DNA from: Centroscyllium fabricii
Lineage: Eukaryota
Direction: 5' to 3'
Length of the DNA: 64,000 nucleotides
NCBI GenBank assembly: GCA_051313645.2
Contig: JBNRSN020000007.1
Location: forward strand, 87,792,001-87,856,000
Shown here piece after piece: positions 15,336 through 28,424 of the stretch. Every line of letters starts with the position of its first letter. The first letter of the stretch is position 1. Under the pieces are notes generated by a model that saw only the letters and a list, made by a program, of their open reading frames with translations, ran no database searches and had not been told where the DNA came from. A program made the position numbers and the translations under genes.

Positions 15336-17569
15336 ACCACGATTCAATGAAGTCCCGGATAGAAGGGAAGCACTAAGCACAGGGAACTCATGAATGAGAG
15401 TGGGGGAGAATATCCATAATTATTCCATTGGTTATAAAATAATTTGGGACATCCTGAAGATATATGGCACTATATAAATGAAACTTTAATATAGGCACAC
15501 AACCAACTGAGCCATGGTGTTGCTCATCAAATTTCATAAGTACAGTTGTGCTATGTAAGTAGTATTTTCACCCCTGGGGGGAACCTTTGGAATCACTCAG
15601 AAGACGAAGGCAGGAGTGCAGGATGTAGCAGTACTAAATTAGCATCCCAGGGTCTTGCAATATTTTGATGGTGTTCCAGAAGTACTGTGGACAATGATTC
15701 TGGGAGTACAAGGGCCGATACTGGCATCTAGGATCATTGGGAGAGGGACCCTGGATCTGGGAGCACTGGAGGATTTATGAGCATAAGGATTCCAGCAGAA
15801 TCAACCCCAAACTGCCCTTGAACCCTATTTTATAGCAGCAAGTAAACCCCCATTGCACTTTGGCCCATCAGACTCTTCCACAAACCCACCACAGCCCTTT
15901 TCAGGATGTCAGACACCCCAACATTATTTACTCTCGTCAGTCCCCTCCTGTCTTGAAGCACTTCATGCATTATTAGTGATTTTGGCAACTTATACAATCT
16001 TTATTAAGCCTAAATTTCGATTCATAAAAATTTCCTCACCAAATGCTCAAAATATGCAGTTTCCAAGTTTTTGTATGACAAATTTATTTTTAAACCCTAA
16101 ATATGGTTTCCGGTGTCTCAGTATTTTAAAAAAACCACAGAATTTGGAGCTGGATGTGGGGAGTTATCTAGTCACAGACCTTCAAAGAAATTTTTTAATG
16201 AATAGACCTATTAAAAGAATAAATTTTCACAATTGCAAGTTTAAAATGAATTAGGTTCTTGTTAAAATATTTTAATATTTTAATGTTTTTATTTTGTTTA
16301 AAACATCATAAATTTAAGTCATCAAAGGACAAAAATGGTTTCATAAACTGTCTTGACTGATTCGGCTGGTTAATTTATTTTTGCTTATCTGACTGGTCAA
16401 TCGGGACTTTTTGTTTCAGTTAGTTATTAAGTTCGTATTGGCAGTTTTCTAGCCACTTAACTCACATTTGATTTGTACATTTCCTACCTTTTCAGTTCTG
16501 ATTTGATGTCATTTTGCTTTGAGCGAATCAACAAAGTATGATGGCAAAATGCATGCTAGATGCAAGTTTTTAAATCAGAGCTGTGTGTGTAGGCATATCC
16601 AAGAGATTGTGTATACAATAATTCATTGTTCGTAGTTTTTTTTTTTTTTAAATATCTCGACACATTGTCATTCATTCTCCCTCCCCTCGGCTTCCTCCCT
16701 CTCTCCTGCTCGTTTGTCCAACTCCTCCTCGCTTCCATCAATTTCCTCGCCCCGCCTAATCTGTCCCATTCCTGAGGCAGTCATTCTAAAAGTGCAGGTA
16801 AAAACAAAAAATGGAAGGCAACCGCGAGGAAGGGGGTGGGAAGGAAGAAGGGGAAGCAAGAAGATGTACTGTAATTACTATCCTGCCACTCAGTTGATGA
16901 TCAGTGGACTGGAGATTGAGGCCAGAATGAGCAGCGCTGTACAAGCAGTTAATAGGCAGGTTGAAAAGATTAAGACAATGACTCTAGATATAATATTCAT
17001 TACATTTTTATATCTCAATATTTTAAAGTACATTACTATTAACACTTACCATTCCAAAGAAAATCCTTGCCAATATTGGAGTTGCATTGGTGCATGGCCA
17101 GCTGGAGGCCAGTGCATGGAATTGCATGCAGACTTAAGCTTTCAATATAGCAGCTAATATGTTACTGGATAGGTTTTAAATAACGGTAGCTAAACCTCTC
17201 CCCATCACAGCACCAACAATACAGAAGCCAACATGTATTTCAGGTAAATCTACTGTAAAAATACAAAGACGACTGTTGACAAAGGGGATTTCAGGGCATT
17301 TTGAGACAGAATGTTGTGACCCACCCTTCAGAGGAAAAAAGCAGGGGAAGGAAAGGAAAAAGAAAATTGATGGAGGGGAAGGAAGGGGAGAAAAGGTGTG
17401 GAGCACATCAACAATTACATTGTCAAACCCTAATAGGATCAGTTGCGATGTGTCCACAGTTGTATAGCATACTAACACAATACTGTGAATAGCCACTTAG
17501 GGAATGTACTGGTAGGCTGCCATAACCTTCAGGTTAAAACATTTTTTTAAATGTATACATTTTTGCTTA

Positions 17570-17662
<93 letters not shown>

Positions 17663-18326
17663 TCAGTTATAATTCATCATAAAGTCCAATGAATAAAGAT
17701 GTTGCATTCCTACATATCTTAAGACAAAATATTAGAATGCTGATACCATTGCTGTTTGGGAAAAGGGAACTATTGGGAAGAAACAAACAGAAAAATTCTG
17801 ATATACACTGGGTTTAGATAGAGCACGAGGAACTGCACAACAATGACATCACATTTTTCAATAACTGAATTCCACTTTAAAATTCAAAATAATAGTCCTT
17901 TGTTAAAAATCTGCCCCTCCAGTTTTAACTATAGGCTTTGGATGGGTGTGAATTTATCCTGGGACATACACTGGACTGTGAAGCAGCACAAATTTTTAAA
18001 AATTTCAGTAGCAATACCAGTTACAGTAACAAACAATACCTTCTGCAATACTTACTGGGCAGGGGTGCAACAGCAAAGTTACTTTGAACAACTGATGAAG
18101 AAACACGTGGCTCATGGGAATACCCTCCAATTTCCCTACATCCAAGCAAGACACACTAAACCCTTACTTAGTTATCCACTCTTACAATCACCATCCCGCA
18201 CGAGAACATAGAAACATAGGAGCAGGAGTAGGCCATTCGGCCCTTCGAACCTGCTCCTTCATTCAATATGATCATGGCTGATCCTCTATCTCAATACCAT
18301 ATTCCTGCTCTCTCCCCATACTCCTT

Positions 18327-21300
18327 CATAGAATCATAGAAGATAGGAGCAGGAGTAGGCCATTCAGCCCTTCGAGCCTGCTCTGCCATTCAATGAGATC
18401 ATGGCTGATCTTTAGCAAGCTAGTACCCTGTCCCCGCCTTTTCTCCGTAACCTTTAATCCCTTTAGCTTGAAGAAATATATCCAATTCCCTCTTGAATAT
18501 GTTTAATGAACTGGCCTCCACCGCCCTCTGTGGCAGGGAATTCCACAGGCCCACCACTCTCTGAGTGAAGAAATTCTTCCTCATGTCTGTCCTAAATGGT
18601 TTACCCCTTATTCTTAGACCGTGGCCCCTGGTTCTGGACTCCCCCGCCATTGGAAACATTCTCTCTGAATCTAACCTGTCCAGACCTTTCAGAATTTTAT
18701 ACGTCTCAATGAGATCGCCTCTCAATCTTCTAAACTCCACCGAGTACAAGCCCAGACTACATAGTCTCTCCTCGTAGGTCATTCCTGCCATTCCAGGAAT
18801 CAGCCTGGTGAAACGCCGCTGCACTCCTTCCATGGCAAGAACACCCTTCCTCAGGCGAGGCGACCAGAACTGTACACAATACTCGAGGTGTGGTCTCACC
18901 AGTGCCTTGTACAGCTGTAGTAAGGTATCCTTATTCCTATACTCGAACCCTCTTGATATGAAGGCCAACACACCATTTGCCTTCCTAACCGCCTGCTGCA
19001 CCTGCGTGCTCGCCTTCAGCGACTGGTGCACAAGAACACCCAGGTCTCTTTGCACCTCCCCATCTCCCAATCTATTGCCATTTAAGTAATAATCTACCCT
19101 CCTGTTTTTGCCCCCAAAGTGGATAACCTCACATTTATCCACATTATAGTGCATCTGCCATCTATCTGCCCAGTCCCCCAACTTATCCAAATCGCCCTGT
19201 AACTTCCTGACACCCTCTTCAGAGCCCGCCCCCCTCCTAGTTTGGTGTCATCCGCAAATTTGGAGATATTACATTCAATTCCCTGATCCAGATCATTAAT
19301 ATATATTGTAAACAGCTGGGGTCCCAGGACAGACCCCTGTGGTACCCCACTAGTCACCGGCTGCCACTCAGAAAACGAGCCGTTAATTCCAACTCTGTTT
19401 TATATCTGCCAACCAGTTCTCTATCCACATCAAAACTTTGCCCCCAATCCCATGAGCCTTAATTTTACATGCTAATCTTTTATGTGGAACCTTATCGAAG
19501 GCTTTCTGGAAGTCAAGGTACACCACATCTACTGGCTCTCCCCCATCTATTTTCCGAGTTACTTCCTCAAAGAATTCCAATAGATTAGTTAAACACGATT
19601 TACCTTTTGTAAATCCATGTTGACTCTGTCCGATCTCATCCCTAATTGTCAAATGCTCCGAGATTACATCCTTGATAATGGATTCGAGCATTTTGCCCAC
19701 TACTGATGTAAGGCTTACTGGTCTATAATTCCCTGCTTTCTCTCTGCCCCCCTTTTTAAATAGTGGGGTAACAGTAGCCACCCTCCAATCCATGGGTACT
19801 GATCCAGAGTCTATCGAGTTCTGGAAAATGATCCTTAAAGCACCCGCTATTTCCAGGGCCACCTCTTTAAGTACCCTAGGATGTAGATTATCAGGCCCTG
19901 GGGATTTGTCGGCCTTCAATCCTTTCAACTTCCCCAAAACCATCTTAGAAATACTGATATCTGTCAGCTCCTCCCTTGCATTAGACCCTATGTTCGCTGC
20001 TATCCCTGGGAGGTTGCTTGTGTCCTCCTTTGTGAAGACAGAACCAAAATATGAATTTAGTTGGTCTGCCATTTCTTTATTCCCCATTATATATTCCCCT
20101 GAATCAGACTGCAAGGGACCGACTTGGGATTTTACCAATCTTTTCCTCTTGATGTACCTATAAAAGCTTTTGCAGTCAGTTTTTATGTTTGCTGCAAGCT
20201 TACATTCGTAATCTATCTTCCCCCTCCTGATTAATCTCTTTGTCTTCCTTTGCTGTACCCTGAACTGCTCCCAATCTTCCAGCCTGGTAGTTTTTTTGGC
20301 CAATTGATATGCCCATTTTTTGGATTTAATGTTGTCCCTTATTTCCCTTGTTATCCACGGTTGAGTCACCTTTCTAGGTTTATTCTTATGCCAAACCGGT
20401 ATGAACGAGTTCTGTATTTCTTCCATCCTATACTTGAATGCTTGCCATTGTCTATCCACATTCAATCCCCCCAGAAACACTGCCCAATCAATTTTACTTA
20501 ATTCCCCTCTCATACCTTCATAATTCCCCTTATTTAAATTAAGGACTTTAGTCTCTGAGTTGATCTTTTCACTTTCCATCTCAACTGAGAATTCGATCAT
20601 ATTATGATCGCTCCGACCCAAGGCTCTCGTACAACTAGATTGCTAATTAGTCCCTTCTCATTGCACAATACCCAGTCTAAGATGGCCTGATCCCGAGTTG
20701 GTTCCTCGACGTATTGGTCCAGGTAACCGTCCCGTAAACATTCTAGGAATTCATCCTCCTCAGTATTTTTACTAATTTGGCTAGTCCAATCAATATGTAG
20801 ATTAAAGTCGCCCATGACGACAGCTGTGCCCTTATTGCACGCTTCTCTAATTTCCCTTTTTATGCCGTCCCCCACCTCCATATTACTATTTGGAGGCCTG
20901 TATATAACTCCCACTAATGTTTTCCGCCCTTTACTATTTCTTAGTTCTACCCATATAGATTCCGTATCATCTGAGTTAATATCCTTCCTTTCAATTGCAT
21001 TTATCCCCTCTTTCACCAGCAATGCCACCCCACCTCCCTTTCTTTTGTGCCGATCCTTTCTGAATGTTGTATACCCCGGGATGTTGAGTTCCCAGCCTTG
21101 CCCACCCTGCAGCCATGTTTCCGTAATTCCAATCAACTCATATTGGCTTACCTCTATTTCAACAGCTAGTTCATCCACCTTGTTCCTAATGCTTCTTGCA
21201 TTAAGATACAAAGCCTTTAGGCTTGTTTTGATCACACTATTATGAATTAGTTTGGCCCTTTGTGTTTCTCTCCCTTGCTTATTGCTTCTCACCTTCCTAC

Positions 21301-21367
21301 CATTTATTTCTGGCTTCCTAGGACTTCCCTCTTTTCCACTACCTAGGTTCCCACCCCCCTCCCCTGC
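18327..21367 (-). mobile_element. Near-complete CR1 ORF2 (endonuclease + RT) with frameshifts, inserted into an older CR1 tail (18205-18326)
   Basis: EN motifs YLNARS, ITETWL, MGDFN and SDHN. RT motifs [30 protein letters not shown] and FADD. TTCTATGA-type 3' repeats. Confidence 0.95.
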
Positions 21368-21402
21368 ATCCTTGATGCCTTGTGTGTCTGGAAATCTATC
21401 TA

Positions 21403-21560
21403 CAGGTTGTGCACCACTAATTCGGCACCCCGGGGACCAGGTCGGACCACTGAAAATGTCGAACCACTGAAGGTTCGGGGTGCGCGCATGCGCAGATCAT
21501 TCAAAATGGCCGCTGTGCAGGCGCAGACAATTCAAAATGGCCACCACGCATGTCTCACAC
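21403..21560. mobile_element. Truncated family A-like MITE (one end only)
   Basis: TA|CAGGTTGTGCACC start and GCGCATGCGCAGATCATTCAAAATGG motif. Confidence 0.6.
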
Positions 21561-21844
21561 CCACTGTTGGGAGGTTTTTAATTTCTTTTGCCTGTTCATA
21601 GTCGGGAATAAAAGCAGCATGTCGGACACTAAAAACGCAGCCTAGATTTTGCAACAGAGAAGCTGCTTGGGCAGAAAGGCCTCAGAAGAGCCATGCTCAA
21701 AAAGTCAGAATGCAGGGGAGTTGATTTATTGAAGTCAAGCAAGATGAAGTGGGTTAGTGTAGCAGCTTCATTCTTTTATTACACAAAGGCCAATTGTGTA
21801 TTTGGAAATGAGTGAACCCGATCAGAACTATTGCACTAGAATAA

Positions 21845-22222
21845 GTTCACCACCCTGAGTGAAGAAATTTCTCCTCATCTCAGTCCTAAATGTCCTACCC
21901 CGTATCCGGAGACTGTGACCCCTCGTTCTAGACCCCCCCAGCCAGGAGAAACATCATCCCTGCATCCAGTCTGTCTAGCTGTCAGAATGTTGTACGTTTC
22001 AATGAGATCCCCTCGCACTCTTCTAAACTCTAGGGAATACAGGCCTAGTCGACCCAATCTCTCCTCATACGACAGTCCTACCATCCCAGGAATCAGTCTG
22101 GTGAACCTTCGCTGCTCTATGGGAAGTATATCCTTTCTTCTTGGGTAAGAAGACCAAAACTGCACACAGTACTCCAGGTGTGGTCTCACTAAGGCCCTGT
22201 ATAACTGTAATAAGACATCCTT
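21845..22222 (-). mobile_element. CR1 fragment
   Basis: [12 protein letters not shown]...[10 protein letters not shown]. Confidence 0.88.
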
Positions 22223-22670
22223 AATCTGAGCCTTACTGCATTCAATGTTGATTAATTATAGTATCTAAAAGATGGTACAAACACCCAATGGATCAGCCTG
22301 GGGTGGTACTGAGCCACACAAACTGAGGAAGTCCCAAGCTCATTCCCTGATCTACGTGGCGCTAGTTTATCTCACCGAAGGTACTGGTAGGGAATCTACA
22401 ACTGGTTTCAGTACCACAAACATTGGGGGAAGAAGGAAGAAAAACAAAGACACATACAGCATTTTTAACATGAAAAATGTCATGGTGTTTCAGACACATA
22501 TGGAATACGGACACTGATCTGGGAAAGGGAAGATTAGAATGGGCAAGCAAAAGCTTAGAGATGGGTTTTAAATTGTTTTAAGAGGCAGGCACAGAGAGCT
22601 TGGTATGAATTCCAAAAAAATAGGACCTAGACGACCAAAGTCTCTACTGCCAACAGTGGGATAAAAAGAG

Positions 22671-22848
22671 CAAGAAGTCACACAACCCCAGGTTATAGTC
22701 CAACAGTTTTATTTTAAATCACAAGCTTTCCGAGCGTCTGCCCCTTCGTCAGGCTCCGAAAGCTTGTGATTTAAAATAAAACTGTTGGACTATAACCTGG
22801 TGTTGTGTGACTTCTTGCATTTGTCCAACACCGGCACCTCCACATCAT
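22671..22848 (+). mobile_element. Short Penelope-like insertion with inverted arms
   Basis: Inverted repeat of ~60 bp, hammerhead core remnant, CCAACACCGGCACCTCCACATCAT tail, and 12-bp TSD GGATAAAAAGAG at 22659-22670 and 22849-22860. Confidence 0.78.
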
Positions 22849-23599
22849 GGATAAAAAGAGGAAGGAGCACACAAGATGCAGAATGGAAGGTTCTGTGGAG
22901 GGCAAAGAAATATAGGAGAGAAAAAGATTGTAGAGATAGGTGGGTGAGGCCATGGAGGGATTTAAAGACAAGGATTTGAAACTTGATGTATTGGGGTCGA
23001 GAGGCTGATGTACATCAGCAAGGAATGGGCGAGGGCGAACAGGACTTAGTGCAGGACAACTGAAGATTGAACAGCCAGGGATCAGACTCCTGAATGCCAC
23101 CAACCCAATCTCCGAGAAAGTGTACATATTTAAAGATCAGACAAGGACAAGATTAGGATTAGTGTTAAATTCCCCCTATGGTCAAATAACCTGCTGACAC
23201 ACAGCATCAGTAAGTATCCTTGGGAAAGGACATGGTAACATTTAAGAGAAACATTTTCACCAGATCTCAAGATGAATGGTAACTGCATCTTTTCCAGAGC
23301 TCTCGTATATTAAAATTGGACCCTTCAGCATTTAACAAAATGAATCCAGCAGCATTTAACAAAACTAATCCAGCAGCACAAACTCCTAAAATAAATTAAT
23401 ACTTTCTAATTCATTTTTTGCACTTTGGGAAGACAGATGGGGAGGGAACGAGAAGGGGGTGGCTCGTATCAAAAACAACTGGGGAAACTGGTTACAGAGT
23501 AGGGCTAGACCAACAAGCAAACATTTGAAAGCGAACACCAAAACAGCCAGTCACTACACACGAGCAATCTGCCTAGATGCAATAATCGTCACTGTAACT

Positions 23600-23970
23600 G
23601 TTTGTTCTTGACATGTGGGCATCACTGCTTATCCACAGTTTCTTTGAGGTGGTGGTCCTACCTGTAATGATTGTTCATGCAATCGAGTGACTGGTTATGC
23701 CACTTTATTGGGTATTGAATAAACTACTTTGTGGGGATGGAGCACTGTCCAGGAGCCAGGTTAGGTCATGGTGACAGTTCACTAATAGCCTTCAAGGGAG
23801 GGAACCTAAGTGGGTTTTATGATAATCTGGCAGATTTCATGGTCATGAATTCTGCTACATACTCACAAATGACCAGATTTATTGAATTCAATTTCACAAC
23901 TTTTCACGGTGAGACTTGACGTCACCTCTGGACTGCTGCTCCAGTACCACACTCACTACACTACCATACT
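23600..23970 (-). mobile_element. Degraded SINE-like element related to both ends of the 1435-3489 element
   Basis: Similar by eye to 1440-1530 and 3170-3485. Confidence 0.55.
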
Positions 23971-25007
23971 CAATAGAAAGGTAGCCAAATACAAGTTTCA
24001 CTTAATGATCTGATGCATAGAAGGTCATACTACCACAATCTTTAATAAGGACCCAATATTGAGAAGTCAGACAGTAAATGAATTTAAAGAAATTAAGGTG
24101 GTTTATGAGTATTTTCAGTACTATACCACATCGCTGATAAACTGTGGAGAGCTGGAAACCTGTTCCAGTAGCAACACCATGGTTTGGATCAGGAACTTTT
24201 AGTGCCATATCATTGCTTACCTATTCTGCCGCAGTGATGCATTTTTTTGACTTACTGATGTGACAGGACCGATGCATGAACAAAAGTCACAGCTTACACT
24301 GGATATAAAAATATCATGTACCAGCAATTACATCTCTATTGCATAATAAACGTTGTGAATTTACTCAGGCTTCCAAATCCCTCCCCTCATACCATCTACA
24401 ATACGCAACACATTATGACCTGCAAACTCTCCTAAAACACAAACAATTCCTACAAAATAAGTGCAGTCCATTCTGCTGCGCTCCTAACTTAATTCAACCA
24501 GTGAGCAGGCCAGATGCTTCCCCAAAGGAGGATAGAAAATGTTTGATAAAGTCACCCTCAGGCATGATAGACCATTTGTCTACTAAATGGATGTAGCAAA
24601 GAGAAAGCGAACTGGACAAGAAAAGTACATTTAACTCAAAATCAATACTTTTCTTTATTTTCAACATTAATAAGGCAAGTTCGAGATTGGTGCAAAGAAG
24701 CACTTTTGGAAGCAAAGAGTAATTAGTACCTAGAATAGTCTTCTGGGAAATGATAAACTCAAAAAACTCAAATCATTCAAGACACAGTTGGATATTGTGA
24801 TGTAGAGATGGTAGGTTTCTATTGAAGGATAAGCTCGATGGCCAAAATAGCCTACTCATCCGTACTTATCTTCCAGATCATCAAAACTGTCACTGAATGT
24901 AAACAAAAGCTTACAGCTTTTTTTGTGAGCAAAATGCACTCGTTACCCATCACATATCTGCATGGAGGGAATACTTAAGCATGCTGTGGAAAGGGCTGAT
25001 CACTTAC

Positions 25008-25124
25008 CTTTTCAAAGTGGTGGATAGCTAGCCAGATCTCTCCCTGGGCATTAAACACACACCCGAGGTTGCTCCAGGCAACAGCGAAGTTGGGCTGAGT
25101 TTCAATCGCTTTCAGGTAACAAGC
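25008..25124 (-). CDS. OGT: OGT exon 5 ([13 protein letters not shown]...IHHFEK)
   Basis: Translated by hand. aaag| acceptor after a long pyrimidine tract, |gtaagt donor, 117 nt. Confidence 0.96.
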
Positions 25125-28100
25125 CTTTATTAGTTTAATTGAAGCAAGAGGGGACCAGGAAGAAGGGACGGGAGATTTGTAACAAAGATTGAAAGAAGGG
25201 AAAAGAAAACTTTATTAGTGCTCATTCTCACACCAGGCAAAAGTGAACCTGCAGCAAAGGCTAGCGATGAATTTGCTCACTGGCCCCTTGAGAGCATGCG
25301 CAAAACCCTCAACCCACATGCAGCCAGCCATTTTTCAGTTATGAAATGTGGAATAATACATTTCTCGGTCTTCCATTTCAGCTTTCTCCACAATCAGATT
25401 TTTTAAACAAAAAGATAAAACTTCTGCACTGTCCCCTGCAGAAATCAATTGTAGAATCTGCCCACTTTCAGCATTTTTGTACCCATGAGTTTATGCAGCA
25501 GTTTTATTAGCAGATATTAACCTATTTCTTCAAATTTATTAGTGACTTGACCAGCTTAGGTTTCACAGAAAGTACTATTCAGTATACCAAGGGTTTTGAA
25601 AGGTTCTGATCGCACACATTAACAGCTGCCCGTGAGTTTCTTAAAACAAGGGTTTTTTACTATCTAAGAATCTGTTGCAGAACACACAACCTCAAATGAC
25701 TGTGCTGGACGAGGATAAAGGTCCCTGTAACGCAAAGCGCTATTGCCAATGCGCCATGCACGGCTCTGCAACACGTTGCAGTGGCGGCACCAGCAGTTCG
25801 CAGGCGCAGATTTGATTTTTTTTTTTTTTTTTTTAAAGAAACCGCAGCACAGCGCACGCGCAGACGCAAAACTGCAGTGTCGTAGATAGCTAGCTGAGAT
25901 TTTACCACAGGTATTCCGCAGCACTTCGTACCTCAGGCACAGCAACAAAGGAATCACTAGAGATACAGGTGCTAACTTGCCCAGGCTGCGAATGGACTAT
26001 ACAATGCCAATTTCACTGTACCCAAGAAGAAATAAATCAACATTGAAGCCAAATATTAAAACTAAAAATCACTATTTTAATCAATAAGATTTTAAAAACT
26101 TGAGCTAGAATTCACAGAAGTAGAAAATTTAAAAAAAGTGTACCACTACATTGCGGCAGCTGTACAAGGCCATGCTGCAGTGATTGTTCTTTTGATGTCA
26201 GTCAGGATTAACTGGCACCGGGGACAACCTGGGCATCTCATTCAGAACTAACCAAGGTAGATGCTCAGCCAGTCATCTACTGAATAACGCTGGCGCACGC
26301 AGGCGCATCGCTGCGCAGCCTATGTGCTACTGCAGGCTCACAGCGCATGATCAGGAGAGCAGAATGCTGCAAACCAAACAAAGAGGAAAGAAATTAACAA
26401 AATCAGTAGTTAGAAGCTTTACTGGTACTTTGTAGAGCTATTGCCAATTTTACTTTTAAAACTAGTTTTCCCTTAGACAGTGGCTACTACTTTAAAAACA
26501 TGTAACAAGTTGAACAATTTTTCTTCCAAATTACAGTTTTTTTTCCCATTTTTAAAAAGTAAATATAAATACTTATTTATTTAGATACTTTTTTGGAAGC
26601 CACGAGACAGAAGAACTCCGGCATGGAGGCAAATTGTTTGTGGCAGTGCTACAAACCCGTTACCATTATTTCATCTCATTTTCAGGGTAGTCGATGATGG
26701 GAAGAGCAGACGGTGTCACCCCTAGATCCTGGCCTCGAGCTCCGGTCAGCGAGGCACCTACAGGGGAGAGCTTTCACCCGCCTGAAACCTTCTATGTATA
26801 ATATCAATCATGAAAACGAAAAAGACAAATAAGAAAGACAAAATAGTTAGTAAAGAGTCCAACAACATATTCCTGGATTTGTTCTAAAATGCAATCTTCT
26901 GAAAGAAAAATAGATACAATTTCACATTTATATTCAAATGTAGTCAATGTGTTTAGCTTCAGTTCATGCATTTGAAGCGCTGCAATGTACAACTGCATCT
27001 GAATGACGTATTAGGACACGAGCTTTGTGAAACCAGATAAAAGTCACTGGTCCCCTCCGAAAGCTTCTAGTCACCCAACTGAAAAATGATTTTGTAAATT
27101 AAAAAAGTTTGTTTACACCTATCCGTTTGGAGAGGTTGTAAATAAATTTTGCCTATCCAAATTGGAAACACACCCTAGCACGAGAGTCTGGGTGGATTAT
27201 TCTCAGACCCCTTTATGTGCCAGGCAGCCTCAAATTCAAGGAAGAAAGGGCCTTCATATATTGTAAGAGCTAGTTCTAATTTAGAATCCAACAACACTGC
27301 AAATCTGCTGGTTTTGTCTTTTAAATGTACCGATCAGAGCTTTAAATGAAATCTCATTTTATACTTCATCGAACAAAACATCTAACTAACGCCTTCCACC
27401 GCTGAAATAAAGAAGTCAGCATCCAGGAGCAAGCGCAGTCTCACTTTATACAGGTTGAAGCTGCAGTGGAATGCACTGAAAGTTAGCTCTCCATTCAACA
27501 GCCTGTGGGCTGAGGCACTCTTTACCCAATTATCTTTCATCCCGTGTATCCTCCCTCTCCCCCCCGCCACCCGCCCCCCCCCCCCACATAAGCACACATA
27601 CACAAAGTCAAATGGACAGCTACGCTGCGCAGACACTCCACTTTGCAAGCGCGCGGGACTCAGAATGATAGGCTGAGACACTCTGGACGAGGTCCCCTTC
27701 TCCTCCCATTCTTTGCCCCTCACTGGCTTTGCATAAGGTGGCTTTTAATTCTCCAAAAGGTTATACTTGTATGTATATAGATATATATTAAAATGAGAAT
27801 TTGAAGTATGGGTAATAAACTCCACTTTAAATCCAGGACTAAGCCACATCAGAAAGAAATTCAACTGCTAGAAGCCACCTTATTAACTGAGCAAATCTGG
27901 TACATCGGTTCATTTCTCAAGACCAAACCAGCACTGAAGAAACAAAGCTGTAACTCAAAATTTGGGATCTTGAATGGTGATTTGGGGCATTGCTAATGCA
28001 GCCTTTCTTCCCATTAATGTTGACTGTCTGTGTAAGGGGTGCATGTGGTGAAAGATGCTGACATCGGTCTCCAGAGGACTGCACTAAGTCAGACTATTTC

Positions 28101-28424
28101 AGCCAATCCTGTTCAGGAATTGTCTTTACTTAGCCATGGGAGTCTTACTTTAATACAGGTTGAGCACCGTTAATCGGGCACGGGCGGGACCAGACCCGTG
28201 CCGGGAAATGGAAAAAACCGGGAGAACGAGTTTGGACACTGCGCATGCGCACCATGCAAAATGGCAGCGCGCATGCGCGCAACATTGGTATTGGCTGGCG
28301 CGCGCATGCGCAGATCGTCCAATATTGGCCGCCGCGAAGTTTTTTGATGGGCTCAGGCTTTTGTGGCGTTCCGTTTAGGTTTTAGGGCTGTCGGGCAGCA
28401 GTGAAAGGCCGGTCTTGCGGGGGG

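Noticed and set aside
23323-23378. 24-bp direct repeat, CRISPR-like
   Set aside because: Only two adjacent units with no spacers, in a eukaryotic intron. A simple slippage duplication.
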